A DNA stretch of 63,920 bases, the filler included, from Reticulomyxa filosa (Eukaryota; Protista; Foraminifera): NCBI GenBank assembly GCA_000512085.1. It is 18 parts of 18 records of this genome, joined end to end, with 100 filler letters (N's around TTAATTAATTAA, not from the genome) between each part and the next. Parts side by side here need not be neighbours in the genome. Positions count along the whole stretch, not along the records: positions 1 to 13,826 come from ASPP01005928.1; 17 more parts are not named here. One strand, written 5' to 3'. Made by a program: the position numbers and the translations under genes. The stretch's first letter is position 1. The number at the start of each line of letters is the position of its first letter. Below the pieces are notes generated by a model that searched no databases, had not been told where the DNA came from, and saw only the letters and a list, made by a program, of their open reading frames with translations. Below are positions 1 through 11,371 of this stretch, one piece after another.

Positions 1-440
1 TCCCTTTTTTTTTTTTTTTTTTTTGAAATAAAAATAGTTAACCGATATGCAACTTCGGACACAGCTTGAAAGTCAGCTTGAAATGGAGCCTTGTCTTGCA
101 ACGGCACTTGATACATACATATCGATTGAGAAGTGGAATCACTTTTGTCGGGGGTATATTTGTCATTTGACGCCATTTGCTTTGGCTTATCTATCATCTC
201 GCTATTGGTGGACAGACTGTTCCTATTCAATTGCTCAGTTCTTGTCTCTTTGTCATTGTCAATCACCTCATTTGTCTCTCTTTCTATTTTGTTTTCTCCT
301 GCGCTTTTTATTGCTGGACTTGTGGTTCTCGCGTTCGCTCCTGCTCCTGCCACGGGTGATGCAAACGTAAGTGGAGACATCGCTCCATTAGAACTGTGTC
401 GTCGGTTTATTGGTAGTAGTATTATCGATTTTTGAGATGG
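1..440 (-). CDS. Hypothetical low-complexity protein exon (NPSQKSIILLP...QAVSEVAYR), continuing beyond the window start
   Basis: Stop-free minus-strand frame from about 440 to a GT donor near 42. It is missing from the ORF track because it runs off the edge. The plus-strand ORFs 47..370 and 133..435 look like its shadow. Confidence 0.35.
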
Positions 441-1677
441 ATTTCACAACCCACTTTTTTTCCCTACCTCGGTTTTGTTTTGAAATCCATAGCCTTTTTT
501 TTTAAAGAGAGATTCATATGATACTACAAATTATTTTTTAAAGGGACCGTCAACAGTATTCCAGTGAACTTGATTTTTTTTAAAGTTTGAATAAAAAATT
601 GAGTTAATGAACAAGTTTAGTTACATTGAAATAACAAAATTTAAGAACTTGAGTAAGCGTATTTTTGTAATCGTGAAGAACGTTCACAAACAACAAAATA
701 AAGGGGGCATTCCAGGATCGTTGATAATGGCAAGCGAGAGTGAGAATGTAAGTTTAAATAAATAATTTCCGGAACAGGGAGTTTGGTTTGGTTGAAACTG
801 AAACTGACTTAATTTTTATCTTCAAAAAACCTGAAAGTACCTTGACGCGCTGGCAAAGTTTAAGGAATATATTGGAATAACAAGATACGCGGCCGACTTG
901 AAAAAGAAAAGAAAAAAGACGCCTGAATTTGAGTCCAGTGACGCAGAGCCGAGAGAATGTGTCGTACACATTACCGCCAAGAATGACGTATGGAAGCACA
1001 AAACGCAAACAAAGCACATACATATATACATAACACATGTGTTCGAAATTTGATTTGTACGAAAGCATAAAATGTGATTGCAAATGTGTAAACCTATGAA
1101 AAGACATTGTCGATAACAGTGTGCGATTTGGAAAGACTATTCGAGATCACGATGGATGAAAAGAAATTGGGTGACCACGTATACACGTAAATTCACCCTT
1201 TTTTTTATTTTATTTCTTTTTATTATTTGCGATTTGGCGACAGCAAAAAAAAAAAAAATACAAAAAATATAACATCGGTCCAGATGAAACAAACAGGATG
1301 CAGCAAATGTTCGTGGCCTCGATATTTCGAAATGCTGTGGCAGACCTTGCATTTGTCGAAAAAAGGACAAAGCGATGGCAACAACGATAACAAAGAAAAT
1401 GAGCCTAATGGTGGGGATGCTATTGCGAACGTTTACATTGAAATGGGAAAGGGCGCCGCACATGTCATTTTGCATTTGGACTATTTTGTTGACCACTCCA
1501 TCACTTTGCCTGGGCAAATTCAATTGAATTTGGTCGATTCGTTTTTGCGTAGTCCCGTTTTTCAACATCAGGTTTTAAGAATGTTTTTTTTAAAAAATTA
1601 TTTGCGATTTTTCGGTTTGGATTTTTAAAAAAATGAAAATAAAAATACAGAAAATTATCTCGTTGTTTAAAATTGCA

Positions 1678-2157
1678 ATGTCATGCAATGAAGTACACAC
1701 CCCTTTGGCAGAATCGACCGAAAGCGTTGAGCGCTCAAATGCAAAGGAAATAAAAAACGAACAATCAGAGGCCAATGTACCCTTGTGTCAATATTTACAA
1801 GTGAAGAAACAGCTGGATGACTTGCAATTGAAAATCGGTCAAATGATTGCGCAAAACAGCCAATTGCGAGACACCTTGTCGCAAGTGATCCTGTCAAGTT
1901 GGAACATCCCCTTCCAAGTTTTGCGTTTTTTTTTCCTCCCTCTTTCCTTTGTTGGTCGCATTTTGTTTAACTTTATCGGCATCACGCACATACAAAAAGA
2001 TGGCGGACTGCTTTCAAATACATTTGGACTTGACACTCTCATGCCGGCCAAAAACAAAAGTGCTCCTGGCCCTAAAAAAACAAAGAAAGACATGGATGTC
2101 ATCAATCCAAGAAGAAAGAAACAAAGAACAGCTGGTGGCTTCAAATTTGGACAATAA
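1678..2157 (+). CDS. Hypothetical coiled-coil protein, probably with one T-rich intron (~1917-1997)
   Basis: ORF 1633..2157 has a heptad-like segment YLQVKKQLDDLQLKIGQMIAQNSQLRDTL. The Phe-rich middle looks like a translated intron. Confidence 0.4.
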   Translation: MSCNEVHTPLAESTESVERSNAKEIKNEQSEANVPLCQYLQVKKQLDDLQLKIGQMIAQNSQLRDTLSQVILSSWNIPFQVLRFFFLPLSFVGRILFNFIGITHIQKDGGLLSNTFGLDTLMPAKNKSAPGPKKTKKDMDVINPRRKKQRTAGGFKFGQ

Positions 2158-2631
2158 TTCAATAAATCCTTTTTTTTTTGCTCGACAAGTCGACTGTTCG
2201 TTTTGGAGAGGATTTGTACTATCACAATTTCTATTATTTAATTTTTTTTTTGCTCAATTTGTGTTTGTTATCAACGAGTAATTCTTGAATATCAGACTAT
2301 ACCACTAGTAGCATTTACATCAACAATTCTTAATTTTTTCTCTTCCAAAAATGCAAATTTTTTTAATGTCACTCTAACATGCATCCGTAATGCGCTATTA
2401 TCATACAAAATTATAAGTGATTGCAGTCTTATTACAGAATACAATTTAGAAAGATAAAAAATGGGAGAGCTCGAACGTTTTTTTATTTTGTAGTTTTTGG
2501 ACTTGATTTAGCCACATATTGAAAGCATTTCGAAAAAAACAAAACGGTTGGACCAACATTGGGTTCTGTCAATGTATTTTTAATATATTGTTATAAAAAC
2601 AAAAGATTATTGTTGAAATTATCAAAATTTT

Positions 2632-4914
2632 TTATTTCCAAAATGATTCCCACAACCGAACCATTCCATCACTGGAAGATGATATAATTGTACTTCCATC
2701 AGGTGAAATATCTATTCCAGTTATGTAATTAGTATGTCCCTCCAATATTTGTATTTCCATTCCAAATTTCACATCCCACAGTCGAATTATGCCACTAAGT
2801 GAAGATATAACAGTTTTTCCATCTGGAAAAAATTTAACATTAGTTATGTTAGGTTTTTTCCAGAAGAACATTATGCTATATTCATTCAATTTAGCACAAT
2901 GTCTATTGAATCGTTTTAATTGGTTTCCTGATTTTGCATCCCATATTCGAATAGTTTCATCAGCTGAACAAGATACAATAAATTTATCATCAAATGAAAA
3001 TGCTGCTCTAATTACACTATCTAAATGTCCTTTCAGCTGTTTTAATTTTTCACCTGATTGTACATCCCAAATTCCAATAGTTCTATCATTTGATGCTGAA
3101 ACAATTTGTTTGCCATCAAATGAAAATTCTACGTCAAGTATTTGATCTAAATGTCCTTCTATTTTTTTTATTTCTTGTCCAGATTGTACATCCCATATTC
3201 GAATAATTTGATCAAATGAACAAGATACAATAATTTTTCCATCTGGTGAGAATCGAGCTCTTTCCACTACGCTTTTGAATATTTCGATTATTTCTCCAGA
3301 ATTTATATCCATTAATTGAACTATTTCTTTGGCTGAATACAACAAAATTTTATTTCCATCGGGCGAAAATTGTGCATAATTATTGGCATATTTTGTTTTT
3401 GCTTGTTGAATTCTCTGTTTCGATTTTGCATCCAACACAAGAATTACCCCATGACGATAACATATAACAAATTTTGTGCCATCCTTTGAAAATTTTACAT
3501 CACTTACATCCACCATAGAATCAAGGGCTTTTACTGGTTTAAAATATTTCATCTATTTTTTTAAATACTCAAATCACTCATATTATATTTTTCATTTAAA
3601 GTAAATACAAATATTAAATACCATAAGATATTGAGAAATAATAACATTAAATTCACTAATCCATCCGATTTTAATTGAAAATGATCGGATCCAATGTCTA
3701 ACTATTCTGTTCATTGCTTTTTTTCTCTATAAATATATGTGTATATACATTTATTCTTTTAGTTAAATAAATATCTTTTGGGTTAAAAAAACAATTTAAC
3801 TTTTAATTTGTTAATATCTATTTTCAGTTTCATTTTCTTCATTTCTTCGCGAATTTCTTCAATGTCTTTTTTCTCTTTTTCTATCATCATCCGTTTCTTT
3901 TCGACAGTTGTCTTTGGTTCCATCCATTCTCTCAAACTTGTTTTTCGTATATTTTAATACATGCTGTTCCTTTTCACTCATAAAGTGTATACATGTATTG
4001 TCTTCATTCAATATTCCGGCGCAATTACCCAACGAACATGGTAAAATATATTCAAATCTCATCCATTTATCGTCTTTGATGGAATATTTGTGTATCGCGT
4101 CGGTCATTTTTTCATTAGAACGATATCCGCCAAAAAATAGAATGCAGTCATTGACATATATGTATGTATAACCAATTAATGATCTAATTGTTGTACAAAC
4201 CCATAAATTATGAAAAGAAAAGTGATTTTTATGTTCGTCATATTCAATTAATAATCCTATATTCCCACAAAATAACAACATTTTATCTTTCTTTAATTCA
4301 CTATTATCCTTTTTTCTCATTAATACAAAACAATGTCTTTGAATAAAATTATTATTCGCAATTGGTAAAAAAATTCGATTAATACATCGAAATGTATGCA
4401 AAGTAAATACATCAATATTATTTGGACAATACGTAATAAATAATAAATGATTACGGCTTCCACCAATCACAGCACGTACTCCATCATAATTATCTTCCTT
4501 GTTTCCAATATAAATACGTTTATCATTTTTATCAATTAATGGCATCCATTTATTATAATTTTTTGCTTTTTTAATTTTTGTTTGAGTTTCTTTATCACCC
4601 CAAACACTCACATAATTCATTATCAATGTATGTTTTTTGCAGTCCGCACATCCACCAAAAGATAACAAAGTAATTGAATTTATATCATTGTTGTTATTAT
4701 TATCGATAAGTTTAATTACACAATGTCCCATTAAATCAACATCATCAGGATAAAAACAAATGCGCTTATACTGATTTTTGAGCGTATGGTAAGAATAGCA
4801 CACATTTTTTTTCCAACCTCCACAAAGGAGGATTTCATGTTTATATAAGACACATTGGACATGTTTAAGTGGTAATGGCAAAGGAGTTAAGGTATTAAAG
4901 TGGGCTTGATCCAT
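2632..4914 (-). CDS. Kelch-like propeller - coiled linker - HWIR/GWI motif - 7xWD40 fusion protein (3 exons, two A-run frameshifts)
   Basis: Kelch-like GG motifs (LLCGG, LSFGG, VIGG, LFFGG) follow the ATG at 4914. Phase-0 GT-AG introns 3800-3727 and 3621-3553 join exon 3726-3622 (RKKAMNRIVRHWIRSFSIKIGWISEFNVIISQYLM) to the WD40 ORF 2632..3552. There are +1 shifts in A-runs near 3945 and 3830. Confidence 0.75.
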
Positions 4915-5874
4915 TTTAAAAAAATATAAGGTGAAAGGAATGCTTTTGTCTTTTTTTGACCCCTTTTCTCTTTCCTTGCGTAACTCAAAATTGAGATTAA
5001 TATCTTTCATTTCTCCGTTAACAAGCCAAATGCACTCAACTCATTTAGCTTTGATCAAATATTTTCATTGCGATACGTCTACAGAATACCCAAATGGTGT
5101 ACTAGATGGAACTGTTGTACTTTCAAAAGGAACAGAATGAAGTTTCAATTGATGATTTGTTGTGTAACTACTTCATATGTCGCATACCTGTCAGTTTGGC
5201 TCAACTTCGTTTGCCGTATCCAAAAAAAAACTTAGGGCACCTTTCGCTTGATTTATATTATATAATAGTTATTGGCAGTTTAAACCAAATTTGTTCCTGA
5301 ACATTTTCTCCTTGTCAAAATGCAATTTGAAAGTAAATCACTTTCTCGTATTTTTGTCGCTACTTATTTCTTATATCTTGAAAAAACTCTTTGGGTATGA
5401 AAACGTATAAGAAAAACTTGTTTTGCTTTATATTAATAATAGATATCCAAAGAATTCAAGGCGTGTCACCACTTCTTACCTAGAAATTCTACTTAAAAAT
5501 AGTTTTTTTTGAATCTCGCAAATTGTACTGTGCATGATATTTTTTTTAATACACCAAACAACTATTTATTTGCGTTTAGGAAAGATATTTGGTAGCGACA
5601 AAGTAAACAAGACAAAACATTTCGAAGTTAATTTGATTTCTATTATTTTTTGTTGATTTTTTTGGATGATTGAGCCACAAAACAGTTTTATCGCCGTTTG
5701 CTTTTGATGGACGAAAAAAAGACAACAACAGATGATACTTGCTCTCTATGGATGTCGCTCATACAAATTCCAATCAGATGGCATCGACTTATAAACAAGG
5801 AAAGTTTCGATGGATTGCCAGATGCCTTTTCTGTGTATTTGCAAAACTGCAGTTAATAGTAATGTTCTACTTGT

Positions 5875-8800
5875 ATGGACAATGAAGATATGCATGACTA
5901 TATTTTAACAGACAATGCAACATGTAATGGAGGAATGCAAGACAACAGCAAACACAGTATCATAGACGAAGAAAATAAAAAATATACAAAGGAAGTAAAA
6001 ACATTAGTTCGATTATTTGGAGATTTAATTAACAAAGAAGAGTTACAACAGAAAATTGAACTTTACAATGGAAACATTGAATTAGTAATTAAAGATCTTG
6101 TTCAACAATCAATTGAAAAAGAGGTACAAAACAAAAAACAGGAGCTTCTTTTTTTTGTCTTGCTTTTTAACCTTTTCATTTTTTTCTTTAACGTGCTAAC
6201 AAAAAAGGACAAATTAGAAGCAGAGCGCAAATCCAATGAAGTGAAAGAAGAAAGCAACGACGACAATACAAGTAAGAGTGTAGAAAAAGAAATAGAGAAA
6301 ACTGAAATTGGAGAAACAGAACCTGGAATTAATCTGCAAGGATATTGCACCAATGAAATCTGTTTAGCATCAAAGGCAAAATTACCAATATGGATTAATA
6401 TTGGATTTGGAGATATTGCATTCATTTCAAATAAAACATCTTTTAGTTGTCCTGATTGTAAAAAAGTAACAGTTACGTCTGTCGTAAAAGCAATGTTTTA
6501 TAATTCTGAACATTCCATTTGCGCAAGTGGTGATTCAATACCTGTGAAGGATAACAATTATCAATGCTTATATTCAATCAAACCAGGACTATCTTATGAA
6601 TTGAAAGCGAATAAAATAAGACAACATGCAAAGAGTATCGAAGACTTGAGAGAACGAAGTGAACATGCAATGAAAAGCATTGAAATTAGGGATTTGGTAA
6701 CAGAGTTACAGAAATATAAAATTACGGTTGTGAAACCATCTAGTTTGAAAGGAAATGAAAGACTGTTGGAAAAGATACAAGCAGATTATGGTGGTGATTT
6801 TAATCAAGCATTTGATATTGGAAGATTTACAATTTTATGTGATGATTCAATCAAATTACAAACTGCGGTTGCAGTGATGAAGAAGGCAGAACAATTTAAT
6901 TTAATTGTATCTGAAGATAGAGATTTCTTTGATAAAAAATCAAAGACACACCATCGAGTTCACAATATTAAGTTATATGTTCCAAAACACGATGTATATA
7001 TTGAAATGCAGGCAACATTAAAAAGCTTTACTACACTAGAAGGATATACTGTGATTGAAAATCCAAAATTAAGTCATTTGTTTTATGAACACATTCGGGT
7101 ATGGAAACCTAATAATCCATCAGAAGAGGAATTAAAACGAGCAAGCGATGAAATATTGACCAACATTAATGATATAATTTGTGAATGGATTGATATAAAG
7201 GAAATTAAAAAAATTGCAAATCGTTACAAACCAAATTCAGAAATTCGAATATTAAAACCTCCACAATTGAAAGGAATAAATGAAGAAGAAATCAATACCA
7301 AAAATGATATCTCATTAAAATTGACAAAATTTGTTTATGATCAACTTTGTAAATTCAATCCAATGAAAATGAAAGGACAAGCTATTTATGTAATGTTATT
7401 TGAGTATTTCAAGAAATATATTATGGGTGAAATGAATCCAGCAAGCTGTACTGAAGTTGTGTTCATATTAAAAGAAACAAGAAAGCAAGAATTGGAAGAA
7501 GATACAACACGTTACAAGCACTTGAAACATATATTCCATTGCAAGCCAATAATTATCTGTACACTGGGGTTGATGATAATAAAGATAATACGACATACGA
7601 TTGTTATCAACATATCCTTGATTTATTGAAAGAAAAAGAAGAGAAAAAATTTGAGCAAAAAGAAGTGGTAATATTGCAAGGGAAATCAGGATCAGGAAAA
7701 AGCCTATTTTGTCGTCATTTAGAAGAGGCATTGTGGGAATCATATGTAAGTGATTCCACAACATCCATCCCAGTTTATATCTCCTTATCGAAATGCTATA
7801 ATGGATTGAATGAAAGGCAAATCATTTCCCAAGCCCTACAAATGAAACAAATCAACAAAGAAATGATCGATGCTATTCGTGAAAATATGTCATTTGTATT
7901 CATTTTGGATGGATTTGATGAGATATTTGACAAATACAACAAGAATAATAATGAAAGATATTTCTATGACTGTTTTAACTTAAGTGAGTGGAATGCAAAA
8001 ATTATAGTCAGCTGTCGAAGTCATGTGTTAAGTGATGAAGATATTAAACATGTTTTAATTGGCTCTAATGATATAGCAAAAACACCAATGATATATTTGT
8101 GGCCTTTTTCAAAAGAACAAATGAATGGATACATTGACAAATTTGTGAGAATGAATAAGGCAAATAAAATGAACCAGTATTTAGATTGGACAGCACAACA
8201 ATATGAAGAAACTTTGAATAATTATGCAAGTCTACATAAAATGATGGAAGAACCATTTTTACTTCGAATGATATTGACAGTATTACCGTCATTAATGAAA
8301 CAGCATTTGGTAGGAACCAAACTGTCAAAATCACAAGTATATGAGGCGTTTAATGAATTGTGGATCGATACCCATGTGAAAAATATTTCAAATAAATTGT
8401 CAGAATTAAGGATTCGAACAAATCCCAAAAAAATCAAATTATCATTTCAGCAATATTGTCAAGACTTAGGATTTGAAATGTTTTTACAAGGAAATCAAGT
8501 TGCAACAGAAAACGATGACAGCATGCAAAACAGTGACAGTAAAATTTTGAGCAAATTGGATTCAAATATGGAAATAGATGAAAAAATAGAACTGAAAAAA
8601 GATGAACTTGATACACCAGCTGTGACAATACAGGATGTGTGGGAAAAATATTTCAAAGCTGATAACGTTGCAAAATATGTATTGCGAAGAATTGGTAATA
8701 ATAAATATCAATTTTTACACAAGTCTTGTCAAGAATTTTATGCAGCACAAAAAATTATATTCGACATCCTTTCATGGAAACCTACAATTGCTGATATTGA

Positions 8801-11371
8801 CAATCAAAAGCTTCAACAACAATTTGGAGTTCATGCCCATCACTTTCTTATTAACCACAAATTATTAAATGAGGAAATGGGAATTATTCAATTTATTGCA
8901 GAGAGAATTTATAACATAAATCCAATATATGCAAATTTAAAGTCACGATTATTCCGAATTATTGAATCATCAAAGAGCCATTCAAACGTCAGCATCGCTG
9001 CAGCAAATGCAATCACCATTCTTAATTCAGCAAATGTGAATATGCACAATCAAAATTGGGATAGCATCAAAATTCCTTATGCAATTTTAAATCATGCTTT
9101 TCTTGAAGGGACAAACCTTAGTAATGCTCATTTGGATAATGTGCATTTTGCTCACGCCTGCTTAAATAAAGCAAATTTCACAAGTGCATCGATGAACGGA
9201 ATTTACTTTGGAGAATATGCTTATTTGAAAGGACATTCAAATTCGGTATTAGGAGTTAAATTTTCGCCAGATGGTTCAAAAATTTTATCATATTCACTTG
9301 ATAAAACCATTCGAATATGGGATACATCATCAAGAAAACAACTCCATTTATTACAAAACACGAATCTGCCAAGAGCAGTATATTTTTCGCCTGATGGTTC
9401 TAAAATTGTATCATATTCGGAGAGCACTACAATTTACCTCTGGGATGTATTATCAGGTCAGCAACTTCAAACATGGGAGGGGCATTCCAATTCTATAACT
9501 GATGTACAATTTTCATCTAATGGCTCTAAAGTTGTATCAAGCTCATTGGATGGAACTATTCGAGTATGGGACGTATTGTCAGGAGAACACATTCAACTAT
9601 TAACAGAACCTTCAACTTGGATAGGTTCTATACATTTGTCGCCGGATGATTCTAAAATTGTGTCATATTTGAATGATAAAACAATCCGAGTATGGGACGC
9701 ATTATCTGGAAAACAACTTCAAATATTGCAAGGACACTCGGAGGATATAAATGATGCGCAATTTTTATCTAATGGATCAAAAATTGTATCATATTCAATA
9801 GACGAAACTATTCGGATATGGGATGTATCTTCTGGCCAACAAATCCATATCTTACGAGGACACTCAAGTGTCATAAATGGAATTCATTTATCACCGGATA
9901 ATTCTAAAATTGTATCATATTCTGATGACGACACCATTCAGATATGGGATGTATTGTCTGGGAAACAACTTCATGTGCTGAAAGGACAGTCAGGTCGTGT
10001 AAAGGCTGCGCAATTTTCACCAGATGGCTCCAAAATTGTGTCCGGCTCAGTTGACACAATTCGAATATGGGATGTATTGTCTGGAAAACAAATCCAGATA
10101 TTAGAAGGACATTCGGGAATTGTTTGTGGAGTTGAATTCTTTCCAAATGAGTCCAAAATTTTGTCATGTTCAGACGATGGAACAATTCGAATGTGGGATC
10201 TAACTCTCCAAAAAAAAGTTCAGTTAATTGAAGAATATTTGGATATTGTAACCGGAGTACAATTTTCTCCAGATACTTCGAAAATTGTATCATGCTCAGG
10301 CAAAGCACTTCAGTTGTGGGATGCTCAGTCAGGAAGACAAATACAAGTTTTTGAAGGCCATTTAAGTGATGTGCGTGGAGTACTATTTTCATTAGATGGC
10401 TCCAAGATTATATCCTATTCAAGTGATAAAACAATCCGAATATGGGATATATTATCCGGAAGACAGCTTCACGAATTAGTAGGACATCAAGATTATGTAA
10501 TTGAAGTCCAATCTTCCTCTGATGGTTTCAAAATTGCATCATGTTCAAAAGAAACAACTGTTCGAATATGGGATATATCATCAGGAAAGGAAATTCAGTT
10601 GTTGCACGGACATTCCTCTTCGATATTAGGAGTACAGTTTTCCCCAGATGGATCCAAAATTGTGTCTTGTTCATATGACAAAACAATTCGATTGTGGGAT
10701 GTGCCGTCTGGAAAACAACTTTGTGTATTTGGAGGGCATTCTCAGTACGTAACTCGAGCACGATTTTCACAAAATGGGTCCAAAATTGTATCATCTTCAC
10801 GAGATAAGACAGTTCGAATATGGGATGTATCGTCTGGAAAGCAACTGCTATTATTAAAGGGACACACTGACATGGTTAATGATGTACAGTTTTTAGATGA
10901 TACTAAAATTATGTCGTGTTCCCATGATAAACAATTCGATTGTGGGATGCATTGTCCGGAACACAGCTTCAAGTATTTGAAGGACATACCAGTTGGGTAT
11001 GGGGGTTCCAATTATCTTCTGATGTCTCCAAAGTTATCTCATATTCAAAAGATAAAACTATTCGAATATGGGACATATCTTCAGGAAAACAAATTCAATT
11101 GTTCGAAGAACATACTGGGGATATTAAAAACATTCACATTTTATCTGATGGTTCAAAGTTCGTGTCATGTTCAGAAGACAAAACAATTCGCTTATGGAGT
11201 ATTGATAATCGTAAACTAATTAATATGACCGAGCCTAATTTGATGAAATGTATTTGGAGAAGAGGTGTCCAAAGTGGTGGTCTATTGATGAAAGATAGTA
11301 TATGGAAGGACACAAATGGTTTGACATTTCAACAAAAATTACTTGTGGAACAGCGTGGTGGGACATTTTAA
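5875..11371 (+). CDS. NLR-like STAND protein: CUE/UBA-like + Cys4 Zn domain + RelA/SpoT-like synthetase + NACHT + pentapeptide repeats + 16 WD40 (two -1 frameshifts in this assembly)
   Basis: ORFs 5875..7629, 7539..11219 and 10940..11371 join by single-base losses at ~7510 and ~10930. Motifs: Walker A GKSGSGKS (~7680), Walker B FILDGFDE (~7900), sensor SCR, EPFLL, winged-helix FLHKSCQEFYAA, AAANAITIL followed by pentapeptides, then WD40 repeats. There is an in-frame 84-nt intron at 6124-6207. Confidence 0.88.
6715..7110 (+). other. RelA/SpoT (small alarmone synthetase-like) nucleotidyltransferase domain within the NACHT-WD40 protein
   Basis: Motif order and spacing LKGNERLLEK / FDIGRFTILC / EDRDFFDKKSKTHHRVHN / YIEMQATL / SHLFYE parallel the SAS motifs RxKxxxSxxxK / DIAGxRI / RDYxxxxKxSGYRSxH / ExQxRT / HxxY. 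Confidence 0.75.
9226..11200 (+). repeat. Array of 16 WD40 units (~126 nt each), consistent with two 8-bladed propellers
   Basis: 16 units counted with consensus GHxxxVxxxxFSPDGSKIVSxSxDxTIRIWDVxSG. Nucleotide similarity between units is also visible (attcgaatatgggat, aaaattgtatc). Confidence 0.9.

Noticed and set aside
754-1628. ORFs 754..1107, 1137..1568 and 1227..1628 as genes
   Set aside because: There are no recognisable motifs and they overlap on opposite strands. I could not decide which, if any, is coding.
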